A DNA stretch of 32,000 bases from Candidatus Kuenenia stuttgartensis (GTDB lineage Bacteria > Planctomycetota > Brocadiia > Brocadiales > Brocadiaceae). Within the stretch, counting starts at the first letter, position 1, and every line of letters starts with the position of its first letter. This document shows positions 10,460-19,135 of the stretch, in pieces. Both the position numbers and the translations under genes were made by a program. The DNA lies in NCBI RefSeq assembly GCF_900232105.1, contig NZ_LT934425.1, forward strand, positions 1,380,001 through 1,412,000. The letters run 5' to 3'. Below the pieces are notes generated by a model that ran no database searches, was not told the origin of the DNA, and saw nothing but the letters and a program-made list of their open reading frames with translations.

Positions 10460-13003
10460 CTACCTGTTTTCAATCATTTCCAGGTATTTTTTTATTTTTA
10501 AATGCCCCGGGCTAATCGCAATCGCTTCTTTCAACAACGTTTCTGCCCTATCTTTATTGCCTTGTTCGTAATGTATAACCCCTGCACGGAAAAGTGCTTC
10601 TGTGTGAGAAGGTTTAATACGAATGGTTTCTTCAAATGCTTGTAATGCGAGGGCATTATTTCCCATCCTGAGAAATACGTACCCAAGATTAAAACGAAAA
10701 TCGGGATTATCGGGAAGTAAATGAACTGCCTCCTGAAACTCTGACAGCGCACTATCCATGTCGCCTTTTTTTGCGAGGGAGGCGCCAAGGTTGTTGTGGG
10801 CATAAGGATACAAGGGGTCATATTTTATTGCCTGACGATATTCTTCTATCGCCTTATCAAGGATACCTTTTTTGTCATAAAGAGCACCAAGATTGTTGTG
10901 GGCATATGCCAGCGCCTGGTCAATCGCCAGTGCGGATTGATATGCCTCCACGGCAAGTTCGAATTGGTTTTTTGATTCATAAACATTGCCCAGATTGTAA
11001 TATGCGTCACTGTTTAATGGGTCTGCGGCAACCGCCTTCTTGTACGCGGCAATCGCATCTTCATCCATGCCTCTTTTGTTATACAATACGCCTAAATTAT
11101 TATGTGCATCGGCAAAACCGGGGTCGATTGCCAAAGCCGTATTGTATTCCTCAAACGCATCGTCATATTGTTCCATCTCAAAATAAATCTTCCCAAGGTT
11201 GTTATGCGCTTGTTTGTAATCCTGTTTTATTTGGAGTGCTTTTTTGTAAGAAGAAATTGCCTGGGGCAACTGATTCTTTTTTTTGTAAGCATTCCCCATA
11301 TTGTAGTGCACCGTAGCATAACGGGTAAATCCGGTTTCCTGTGATTTTTCTATTGCTTTGCGGTAATACATAAGGGCGGTATCCGGGTCATCTTTTTTAT
11401 TATACTGCGTGCCAAGATTATTATAGGTAGTAAAGCTGCAGAGTGGATTTTGAGCGGAATTGTACCACAGTGTAAATTCATTTTCCCAATGTCTGTTCCG
11501 GGTGATTGTGATGATCGCACAAACTATTAAAACCGGAATGATGAAAGAGTATTTAATCGCTTTCTTTTGATGTGTAATTGCCGTTGAAAAAACTATACAA
11601 CATCCTATGAATGGCAAATAAAGATAGCGGTCTGCCATAAGATTGCTTAACGGAATAATGTTTATGACAGGAAGGAGGGAAATAAAAAACCACAATATCC
11701 CAAACAATATGAAATAAAATCTTTCCTGTCGAAATGTTGCGCTATTTTTATCACATTGCTGCGGTTTGAAGGTTTGAAATATGCATTTTCTTTTTAAACG
11801 GAGAATGATAACAATAAGAGTTGTTAAAAATAAAAATGGCACAATAAAGGCAACCGACAGAGGCGATTTAATGGGTAAGACATGGTAGTCCACATTAAGA
11901 TTAAAAGGTATAAAGATATTGGAAATGTATCTGCCTGTTACTTTTGTTGATGTAAACAAGGCCGTCAGGAAACTATTACCGGGATATTCGATATTCTCAT
12001 GGATATTACGAAATACGATAAATCTGAGGATGAGATACATAATGCTGATCCCTATATAGCTTATGAAATAAGGAGATACGGCTATTTTTGCAAAAGCCCT
12101 GAAGAAAAGGCACGCCCTGTTTTTCCAATACCCGGGTTTTGAGGAGTTGTTTTGGGCATCTTCGGTGGGACCTGCACAGCGGTTGATATGGAAAGCGCCT
12201 GGTTCTTTTTCCAGGGATGGAGAGGGGATGTTTACCGTGCGTTCTTTGAAAAGGAAGCAAAAGGAAAAGATTAATCCCGGCAGCACAATGGCAGATTCCT
12301 TGGAAAGCAATGCCAGGAAATAGGTTGTCATTGCCGCAATATAAACAGGAATACAATGTTTGATTGCAGGCATTGGCGCCATTTCAGTAAAGAATATCCG
12401 GCGACGGTCTTTTGTTTTCTCAGGGTATGCGAGAGAAGACGTTTTTTTGTCAGAGAGCAGAAAAAGCAAAAAGGAGAGCAGTGCAAAATTGGTTGCAAGC
12501 AGGTCTTCTCTATAACTTATTGCGTTAACCGTTTCGTTTACAATGGGGTGCATTATGAACAACAGGGCAGCTAAAAATGCATGATTGATGTATGATGCAC
12601 TGCCCTCTATATACTGAGAAGCGGGGTATTTGACGGGGAAAAAGCATCTGCCCAAACAGCATATAAGAAAATACACCAGCACCGAATTTATTGTGTGTGA
12701 TACTACGTTTGTGATGTGATAACCCATTGGGCGGGATTGCCAGAGTGAATAGTCCACAAAATAAGAAAGAGTCACTACCGGCCTGTATGTCAGCTCTCCG
12801 GAGCGGGCAAAATAATCGTGGGTAAATAAGGCGGAAAGATTCCGCCAGTCTTCAATAAAATGGTTATCTATAATGGTAGAATTGTCATCGTAAACAAACT
12901 GGTTTGGCAGACAATTTAAATACGTGAGAATTGAAACGGTGGAAAGAATGACGATTGATAGAATATGTAATGATTTTTTGTTGCTATATATAGTCAAAAG
13001 CAT
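10460..13003 (-). CDS. Polytopic membrane protein, GT-C/TMTC (DUF1736)-like N-terminus with about 9 C-terminal TPR units
   Basis: 847 aa; FVYDDNSTIIDNHF, ELTYRPVVTLSYFVDYSLW, LMADRYLYLPFIGCC, then 34-aa TPRs (AHNNLGVLYNKRGMDEDAIAAYKKAVAADP etc.). Confidence 0.85.
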   Translation of the reverse strand: MLLTIYSNKKSLHILSIVILSTVSILTYLNCLPNQFVYDDNSTIIDNHFIEDWRNLSALFTHDYFARSGELTYRPVVTLSYFVDYSLWQSRPMGYHITNVVSHTINSVLVYFLICCLGRCFFPVKYPASQYIEGSASYINHAFLAALLFIMHPIVNETVNAISYREDLLATNFALLSFLLFLLSDKKTSSLAYPEKTKDRRRIFFTEMAPMPAIKHCIPVYIAAMTTYFLALLSKESAIVLPGLIFSFCFLFKERTVNIPSPSLEKEPGAFHINRCAGPTEDAQNNSSKPGYWKNRACLFFRAFAKIAVSPYFISYIGISIMYLILRFIVFRNIHENIEYPGNSFLTALFTSTKVTGRYISNIFIPFNLNVDYHVLPIKSPLSVAFIVPFLFLTTLIVIILRLKRKCIFQTFKPQQCDKNSATFRQERFYFILFGILWFFISLLPVINIIPLSNLMADRYLYLPFIGCCIVFSTAITHQKKAIKYSFIIPVLIVCAIITITRNRHWENEFTLWYNSAQNPLCSFTTYNNLGTQYNKKDDPDTALMYYRKAIEKSQETGFTRYATVHYNMGNAYKKKNQLPQAISSYKKALQIKQDYKQAHNNLGKIYFEMEQYDDAFEEYNTALAIDPGFADAHNNLGVLYNKRGMDEDAIAAYKKAVAADPLNSDAYYNLGNVYESKNQFELAVEAYQSALAIDQALAYAHNNLGALYDKKGILDKAIEEYRQAIKYDPLYPYAHNNLGASLAKKGDMDSALSEFQEAVHLLPDNPDFRFNLGYVFLRMGNNALALQAFEETIRIKPSHTEALFRAGVIHYEQGNKDRAETLLKEAIAISPGHLKIKKYLEMIENR

Positions 13004-13058
13004 TTATTTTTTAAAAAAATGGTTTTTTTCTTGCATTTAAAAACGCTCGTTCCCAAGC

Positions 13059-13079
13059 ACGAAACACGAAACACGAAAC
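13059..13079. repeat. Heptamer tandem repeat (ACGAAAC)3
   Basis: Directly read. Confidence 0.85.
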
Positions 13080-13154
13080 AAATTCTAATGACAAAATGAT
13101 TTGAAATTCTAAACAAATGTAACACTTTAGTTTTTTTAAAAAACAAAAATACTC

Positions 13155-13226
13155 GTTCCCAAACCTTGTACTGAACATAGTGAAGTATCTGTTTGGGAAT
13201 GCATTTGTTTGAGAAACTCCGGTTTC
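13155..13226 (+). repeat. Composite REP-like element, long-loop variant
   Basis: GTTCCCAAAC (13155-13164), 26-nt loop, GTTTGGGAAT (13191-13200), 12-nt linker, GAAACTCCGGTTTC (13213-13226). Confidence 0.8.
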
Positions 13227-13300
13227 TCGCCTGTTTGCTGATAGATAGGGAATAAAATCACAGGGTTAAGACAGTTTGTAATTTGTCAAGTCAGACCCTC

Positions 13301-13353
13301 ACTGGAAACAAAGTTTCCAGTGCAATTGCGTTCCCAAGCCGGAGCTTGGGAAC
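13301..13353 (-). repeat. Composite REP-like element
   Basis: ACTGGAAAC-AAA-GTTTCCAGT (13301-13321), 8-nt linker, GTTCCCAAGC-CGGA-GCTTGGGAAC (13330-13353). Confidence 0.85.
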
Positions 13354-13482
13354 GAGCGTTTTTTTTCATAGAACTAAAGTGTTACAAACAAATGCACCTT
13401 TAGTATTTTGCATTTCGTGCTTCTTATTGTTGTATGTTTTGGATTTGTTTTGAATTTTATGCTTTGTTATTCGGATTTGTTT

Positions 13483-13503
13483 CGTACTTCGTACTTCGTA
13501 TTT
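13483..13503. repeat. Heptamer tandem repeat CGTACTT x2 + CGTATTT
   Basis: Directly read. Confidence 0.8.
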
Positions 13504-13522
13504 CGGATTTCACAATTACTGG

Positions 13523-14479
13523 TCAGATGGCTTTCTTTGCAATCCTTGTCCCGGAGCGGCCTTCAAATGCCTCGCGCACCTTGTCAAGCGAAGTAATAAG
13601 GGCAAATGATCCGCCCCATTCCAGGAAATGTATGGCTGCCTGGATTTTTGGACCCATACTTCCAGGCGGGAAATGCCCTTCGTCCAGATAGCGCTGCGCT
13701 TCATCTGCCGTTATGTTGTAAAGAGGCCGTTCGTTTGGTTTTTTATAATTGAGGAAAACGTTTTCCTCCCCGGTAAGCATAACCAAGGCACTGGCATTAA
13801 TATCTCTTGCCAGAACGCTTGAAGCAAGGTCTTTGTCTATGACAACGTCCACCCCTTCAAGGTCTCCGTTTTCCTTTATAATTACAGGAATACCTCCTCC
13901 CCCGGCGGCAATGACGATATTGCCAGCCCCTGAAAGGCATCTGATCGCCTGAATCTCTATAATCTTCAGAGGATTGGGCGATGCCACTACCCGACGATAC
14001 CCTCTGTGGCTGTCCTCCGCAATATCCCAGCCTTTTTCTCTTTGAAAACGTTCCGCCTCTTCTTTCCTGAAAAAAGGACCTATGGGTTTTGTCGGACACG
14101 AAAATGCCCGGTCGTGTTTGTCCACTACAACCTGCGTCAGAACCGTTACCACACAGGTATCTCTGTTTTCCCTTCGCAACGCATTGGTCAATGATTGCTG
14201 GATCATGTATCCGATTGCCCCTTCCGTATCGGCAACGCACATTCCAAGCGTAAGCTCCGGCGTCTGGTCACGGCAGGCCTCGGTCATAAGCAGCAAATTA
14301 CCCACTTGCGGGCCGTTTCCATGGGTGATTATTATATTATACCCCCTGTTTAAACAGTAAATGACTCCTTCCATACTTTTCCGTGTATTTTCGAATTGTT
14401 CCCCTACGGTTCCCTTTTGACCTTTCCGGATGAGAGCATTTCCCCCCAGCGCAATTACCATAGTATTTCTACCGTTCAT
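13523..14479 (-). CDS. arcC: Carbamate kinase
   Basis: 318 aa; MVIALGGNALI, ITHGNGPQVGNLL, VIAAGGGGIPV, VDVVIDKDLASSVLA, GHFPPGSMGPKIQAA. Confidence 0.95.
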   Translation of the reverse strand: MNGRNTMVIALGGNALIRKGQKGTVGEQFENTRKSMEGVIYCLNRGYNIIITHGNGPQVGNLLLMTEACRDQTPELTLGMCVADTEGAIGYMIQQSLTNALRRENRDTCVVTVLTQVVVDKHDRAFSCPTKPIGPFFRKEEAERFQREKGWDIAEDSHRGYRRVVASPNPLKIIEIQAIRCLSGAGNIVIAAGGGGIPVIIKENGDLEGVDVVIDKDLASSVLARDINASALVMLTGEENVFLNYKKPNERPLYNITADEAQRYLDEGHFPPGSMGPKIQAAIHFLEWGGSFALITSLDKVREAFEGRSGTRIAKKAI

Positions 14480-14562
14480 TGGAGTTTTTAACTTTTCAAT
14501 AAGTTGGGATTTTTATAATAATTTCTATCTTTCACTGTCCACAGTCCACAATCTGCAGTCGG

Positions 14563-14590
14563 CAATCCGCAATCCGCAATCCGCAATTTG
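14563..14590. repeat. Heptamer tandem repeat (CAATCCG)3 + CAATTTG
   Basis: Directly read in the arcC/GTPase intergenic region. Confidence 0.85.
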
Positions 14591-14648
14591 CCGATTGCCG
14601 ACTGTATAGAATTCCCCATTAATAAAGGTGGCAAGCGGGTTGTTTATC

Positions 14649-15983
14649 TCAATTTATTGAGAAGTTACGGAGTTTTGCCCTGATAATCTTTTCGAGTTGA
14701 GGTTCGCCTGTTTCCTGCATGCCGTAACGTACTCGTTCTGCAGGTTTATCGATACGGATTATTTTTCTCAGATCTATGGGAGTTCCAATAAGTACGGTAT
14801 CGCACGGCGTGCGGTTGATGGATGCGCTTAATTCCTCAACCTGTTTCCGCCCGTATCCCATAGCAGGCAGCAGGTTTTCCATGTGGGGATATTTCCTGTA
14901 TGTTTCGTGAATCGACCCTACGGCGTAGGGTCTTGGATCAATAATTTCCAAAGCACCATATTGCCGGGCAGCAAGTACTCCCGCGCCAAAGGACATGCCT
15001 CCATGCGTAAGGGTAGGACCGTCTTCAATCACCAGCACACGTTTGCCTTTTATCAGGCTGATATCTTCAACCGTCACCGGCATTGCAGCGTCAATGATCG
15101 TTGCACCGGGATTCGACTTTTGTATATTTTCCCTTACCCTGCGTATATTTTCCGGTTTTGCGGTGTCCACCTTGCTGATAATAATAACCTCCGCAAGAAG
15201 GAGGTTTGTTTCACCCGGATAGTAAGAAAGTTCATGGCCTGGCCTGTGGGGGTCTGCAACAGTGATGTACAAATCCGGAAGGTAAAAAGGGGTATCATTA
15301 TTGCCTCCGTCCCATACAATGACGTCGGCTTCTTTTTCTGCCGCTTCCAGAATATCTTTGTAGTCAACTCCTGCATAAACAGTAGTGTTTTGTTCCACAT
15401 GGGGTTCATATTCTTCAATTTCTTCTATGGTACAGTCATACTTCCTGAAATCATCGTACGTGGTAAAGCGCTGTAAACGCTGTTTAAAAAGATCGCCGTA
15501 AGGCATGGGATGTCTTATTACCACAGGCTTCTTTCCCAGCCCCTTAACAATCTCACAAACTCTCCGGGAAACCGAACTTTTACCGCACCCCGTCCTCACC
15601 GCGCATATTGCAATAACAGGTTTATTGCTCTTCAACATGGTTTTTTGTGGGGCAAGGAGGGTGAAAGCAGCTCCCGCGGCATTCACCATACACGCCTTGT
15701 GCATAACATATTCATGCGAAACGTCGCTGTAAGAAAAGACAACTTCATCTATGGCATACGATTTTATCAGAAAGGACAATTTTTGTTCAGATTCAATGGG
15801 AATGCCGTTTGGATAGTGCTTTCCTGACAGTGAAGGGGGATATTGCCTCCCTTCAATATTAGGGATTTGTGCCGCAGTGAAGGCAACTACGTCATATGCA
15901 TGATTGTCGCGAAAGCAGACATTGAAGTTATGAAAATCCCTTCCCGCAGCACCCATAATAAGTATCTTTCTTCTGCCTTCCAT
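14649..15983 (-). CDS. Cyclic 2,3-diphosphoglycerate synthetase-like P-loop GTPase family protein
   Basis: 444 aa; RRKILIMGAAGRDFHNFN, AVRTGCGKSSVSRRVCEI, ADVIVWDGGNNDTPFY, VLVIEDGPTLTHGGMSFGAG; next to arcC. Confidence 0.8.
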   Translation of the reverse strand: MEGRRKILIMGAAGRDFHNFNVCFRDNHAYDVVAFTAAQIPNIEGRQYPPSLSGKHYPNGIPIESEQKLSFLIKSYAIDEVVFSYSDVSHEYVMHKACMVNAAGAAFTLLAPQKTMLKSNKPVIAICAVRTGCGKSSVSRRVCEIVKGLGKKPVVIRHPMPYGDLFKQRLQRFTTYDDFRKYDCTIEEIEEYEPHVEQNTTVYAGVDYKDILEAAEKEADVIVWDGGNNDTPFYLPDLYITVADPHRPGHELSYYPGETNLLLAEVIIISKVDTAKPENIRRVRENIQKSNPGATIIDAAMPVTVEDISLIKGKRVLVIEDGPTLTHGGMSFGAGVLAARQYGALEIIDPRPYAVGSIHETYRKYPHMENLLPAMGYGRKQVEELSASINRTPCDTVLIGTPIDLRKIIRIDKPAERVRYGMQETGEPQLEKIIRAKLRNFSIN

Positions 15984-16092
15984 AGAAATTATTTCCCCCC
16001 GGCGCTGTCTTTGTATGCGCCATCAAAAACGCCCGTTCCCAAGCTGGCAGACTTTGAACGAGTGCAAATTTAGAATTTAAAATCTCATACGG

Positions 16093-16127
16093 CTCATAGC
16101 TCATAGCTCATGGCTTATGGCTTATGG
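16093..16127. repeat. Heptamer tandem repeat CTCATAG x2, CTCATGG, CTTATGG x2
   Basis: Five consecutive 7-bp units. Confidence 0.85.
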
Positions 16128-16168
16128 GTTTTTTCAACATTTACTGTACATCCACAATTATCACGTTT

Positions 16169-16551
16169 GTCATTGCGAGGGTCTTTTCCGAAGCAACCTC
16201 ATAAACCGTCATAGAGATCCTTCCATCCTGCATTCATTCCATTAATTAATTCTATTTTTTTAGCCCTTGAGCCACCTTTAATTTGCTTCTCCCGGAATAT
16301 GGCGTTTCTTACGTCACGAAATATCTCGTAGTATACTAACTTTGTAACATTGTACTTTTTTGTAAACCCCTCGACCCTCTTCTCTCTATGCTCATATACT
16401 CTTCTTTTAAGATTGTTCGTAACCCCTGTGTAGAGTACGGTATTATTTTTATTCGTCATTATGTAAACAGAGTATAATTTATCCATTACAATCACCTTGA
16501 TTGATCTGGCATTATAAAAAAGATTGCTTCGGAAAAGACCCTCGCAATGAC
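16169..16551 (-). mobile_element. Candidate GIY-YIG element: 383 bp with 28-bp perfect terminal inverted repeats
   Basis: GTCATTGCGAGGGTCTTTTCCGAAGCAA at 16169-16196 and its exact reverse complement at 16524-16551, enclosing one complete ORF. Confidence 0.7.
16199..16495 (-). CDS. Small GIY-YIG nuclease-domain protein
   Basis: 98 aa; YSVYIMTNKNNTVLYTGVTNNLKRRVYEHREKR...YYEIFRDVRNAIFREKQIKGGSRAKK. Confidence 0.92.
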   Translation of the reverse strand: MIVMDKLYSVYIMTNKNNTVLYTGVTNNLKRRVYEHREKRVEGFTKKYNVTKLVYYEIFRDVRNAIFREKQIKGGSRAKKIELINGMNAGWKDLYDGL

Positions 16552-16554
16552 AAG

Positions 16555-16766
16555 TTTTGTAACATTGTACTTTTTTGTAAACCCCTCTACCCTCTTCTCT
16601 CTATGCTCATATACTCTTCTTTTAAGATTGTTCGTAACCCCTGTGTAGAGTACGGTATTATTTTTATTCGTCATTATGTAAACAGAGTATAATTTATCCA
16701 TTACAATCACCTTGATTGATCTGGCATTATAAAAAAGATTGCTTCGGAAAAGACCCTCGCAATGAC
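16555..16766 (-). pseudogene. Truncated second copy of the GIY-YIG element
   Basis: Repeats the ORF 5' half plus inverted end with a 215-bp offset (ATCCATTACA at 16481 and 16696); ORF truncated after NVTKLV. Confidence 0.85.
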
Positions 16767-16774
16767 AAGCCGGG

Positions 16775-16795
16775 AGCCATCAGCCATCAGCCATC
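16775..16795. repeat. Heptamer tandem repeat (AGCCATC)3
   Basis: Directly read. Confidence 0.85.
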
Positions 16796-17109
16796 TTAAA
16801 AATCGCTAAAATCCCCGTCCTCCATAGGAATTATATCTTCCGGCGCTGCCTTTGTCTGCACCATTTTACTGCCGTATCCTTATTATTCAACATATTATGC
16901 CATTATAAATATCTCTTCAGCTTAAAAAATGGCTGAAATGCGCTATGTATTCAGGTTTGGGTGAGGAAAAGAATAAAGGCAAATAATCAACTATTTGAGA
17001 TTTGAATATTGAACATTTTTCTTACTGCGTAACATGAGTTGCACGGTTTTGAAAATTGATGTTCAATGTAAACAACATGGTCTTTGCAAGCTTGGTATAC
17101 CTCCGGCGG

Positions 17110-17155
17110 GTTCAGGTTTCGTCGTGAGCTCAGCCGAACGGTTGCAAACCTGAAC
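17110..17155. repeat. 46-bp palindromic repeat GTTCAGGTTT...AAACCTGAAC
   Basis: Perfect 10-bp arms; variant at about 17635-17680; related sequence in reverse orientation at about 23383-23425. Confidence 0.75.
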
Positions 17156-17189
17156 AGTATCAGATTGTCATTGCGAGGGGCGTCAGCTT

Positions 17190-17425
17190 GTCATTGCGAG
17201 GGTCTTTTCCGAAGCAACCTCATAATATCCGTCATAAGAGACCTCGACCCTCTTCTCTCTATGCCCATATACTCTTCTTTTAAGATTATTCGGAACCCAT
17301 GTGTAGAGCACTGTATTAATTTTATTCGTCATTATGTAAACGGAGTCTAATTTATCCATTACAATTACCTTGATTGAATCTGGCATTATAAAAAAGATTG
17401 CTTCGGAAAAGACCCTCGCAATGAC
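17190..17425 (-). pseudogene. Internally deleted GIY-YIG element, 236 bp
   Basis: Same 28-bp inverted ends (17190-17217, 17398-17425); ORF lacks the C-terminal half and the YTG motif reads YTW. Confidence 0.8.
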
Positions 17426-17757
17426 AAGTTGGGACATTTTGGAACCCGCAGGGCGCTGCTGAAGCCACTTGGCTACCCGTGCTACTTCGCGCAATGACAA
17501 AAGCTGAGAGTACCTTTAGGAACCCGCAGAGGTAGTAGTCTTTTTTGCATAACCATTTTTATGAAGGTATACTTCAACAAGGATGGGTTCCATGTTCAAC
17601 GGTTCAGGGGTTTTCATTAGTATACCTCCGGCGGGTTCAGTTTTCGTCGTAAGCTCAGCCGAACGGTTGCAAACCTGAACAGTATCAGATTGTCATTGCG
17701 AGGACATCAGCTTGTCTTTGAAGGGGCATCCGCTTGTCTTTGCGAAAGCATCCGCTT

Positions 17758-17993
17758 GTCATTGCGAGGGTCTTTTCCGAAGCAACCTCATAATATCCGT
17801 CATAAGAGACCTCGACCCTCTTCTCTCTATGCCCATATACTCTTCTTTTAAGATTATTCGGAACCCATGTGTAGAGTACTGTATTAATTTTATTCGCCAT
17901 TATGTAAACGGAGTATAATTTATCCATTACAATTACCTTGATTGAATCTGGCATTATAAAAAAGATTGCTTCGGAAAAGACCCTCGCAATGAC
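17758..17993 (-). pseudogene. Internally deleted GIY-YIG element, 236 bp, second copy
   Basis: Ends 17758-17785 and 17966-17993; same deletion as 17190-17425. Confidence 0.8.
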
Positions 17994-18259
17994 AAGCTGA
18001 TGCCCTCGCAATGACAAGTTGGGACATTTTGGAACCCGCAGGGCGCTGCTGAAGCCACTTGGCTACCCGTGCTACTTCGCAATGACAAGTTGATACCCTC
18101 ACAATGACAAGCTGGGAGTACCTTTTGCAACCAGCAGAGGTAGTTTTTTTTGCATAACCGTTTTTATGAAGGTATACTTCAACAAGGATAGGTTCCATGT
18201 TCAACGGTTCAGGGGTTTTCAGCCGTAAAACCCTTCATTTTATTTAAAAATATCCATTT

Positions 18260-19060
18260 ATGACTATCGACGACCCAATAGCAATATTTGATTCAGGGGT
18301 GGGGAGCCTTTCAATAATAAAGGAAATCAGAAATGCCTTGCCCGGCGAGAATTATATCTACCTCGCAGATAAAAAACATTTTCCTTATGGAAAAAAAACA
18401 CACGATGAATTGTTACGCATTATCCGGAACACCATAGAGTATCTTTCGAAAAATTTCACCCCAAAACTCATTGTGCTTGCCTCCAACACGCCTTCCATTC
18501 AGGTGCTTCATGAATTGAAAAAAGGGGCGGTTGACGTTATCGGCGTATTTCCTCCGGTCAATGAAGCTGTAAGTGTCTCCAAAACAGGACACATCGCCAT
18601 TTTGGCAACGCAAAACACGGTAATGAGTTCCGAACTGGACGAGTACATACACTCGCAGAAGATTCCGGCATCGGCAAAAATCATAAAGTGGAATGCCTCA
18701 CGGATGGTAGAGCTTGTGGAAACGGGAGATTTTTTGTCAAATAAGGATAAAAGCCTCAGAATAATCTCCGAAGAGCTTTCACTGTTGGAAGAGACGGATA
18801 ACATGGTCGACACAATTACACTTTCAAGCACACACCTTCCTTTTTTAAATGAATATTTTGCGCTGCTAAGGCCCTGCCTTCATTTAATTGACCCCGCAAA
18901 GATTGTTGCCAGAAAAGTAAAAAGTCTGCTGGAAAGAAATCTTCGTACTACGTCACAAAAAGGAACCCTGGAAATATTGGCCACGCAGGGAAAAGAATCA
19001 CTCGAAACAATCATAAAAAGGCTTGGCATCCAAGAGGAAATACACGAGGTACGGTTTTAG
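18260..19060 (+). CDS. Glutamate (Asp/Glu) racemase-family protein lacking both catalytic Cys
   Basis: 266 aa; IAIFDSGVGSLSIIKEIRNALPGENYIYLADKKHFPYG; VLASNTPS in place of the usual VxACNTAS, and TLSSTHLPFL in place of VLGCTHYPLL. Confidence 0.85.
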   Translation: MTIDDPIAIFDSGVGSLSIIKEIRNALPGENYIYLADKKHFPYGKKTHDELLRIIRNTIEYLSKNFTPKLIVLASNTPSIQVLHELKKGAVDVIGVFPPVNEAVSVSKTGHIAILATQNTVMSSELDEYIHSQKIPASAKIIKWNASRMVELVETGDFLSNKDKSLRIISEELSLLEETDNMVDTITLSSTHLPFLNEYFALLRPCLHLIDPAKIVARKVKSLLERNLRTTSQKGTLEILATQGKESLETIIKRLGIQEEIHEVRF

Positions 19061-19100
19061 AGGTACGAAATACGATTTACAATTTGTACCATGAGCAATT

Positions 19101-19135
19101 AGCCATGAGCCACCAGCCATCAGCCATGAGCCATT
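19101..19135. repeat. Heptamer tandem repeat AGCCATG/AGCCACC/AGCCATC/AGCCATG/AGCCATT
   Basis: Five 7-bp units; runs into the 3' end of the neighbouring CDS. Confidence 0.85.

Larger units (their letters stand above)
13120..13384. repeat. Nested inverted-repeat unit bounded by TAACACTTTAG / CTAAAGTGTTA
   Basis: TAACACTTTAG 13120-13130 and reverse complement 13374-13384, enclosing two oppositely oriented composite REP-like elements. Confidence 0.7.
17096..18222. repeat. Local segmental tandem duplication (two units of roughly 520-600 bp)
   Basis: TATACCTCCGGCGGGTTCAG at 17096 and 17621; both units share the palindrome, a 236-bp GIY-YIG relic, and ACATTTTGGAACCCGCAGGGCGCTGCTGAAGCCACTTGGCTACCCGTGCTACTTCGC and TATGAAGGTATACTTCAACAAGGAT tracts. 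Confidence 0.85.

Noticed and set aside
10292-10460. Possible tRNA or structured RNA in the accA downstream gap
   Set aside because: Sequence is AT-rich low-complexity repeat DNA; no cloverleaf or terminator with convincing arms was found by eye.
13628-15827. Many ORFs on the plus strand opposite arcC and the GTPase gene
   Set aside because: Antisense shadows of well-supported conserved coding regions.
16492-16710. A second functional GIY-YIG gene
   Set aside because: Lacks the IFRDVRNAIFREKQIKGG C-terminal half; its last residues are translation of the element end. Treated as a truncated copy.
17920-18204. 94-aa ORF containing SQLVIVRVSTCHCEVARVAK
   Set aside because: Translation of dispersed repeat sequence inside a segmental duplication.
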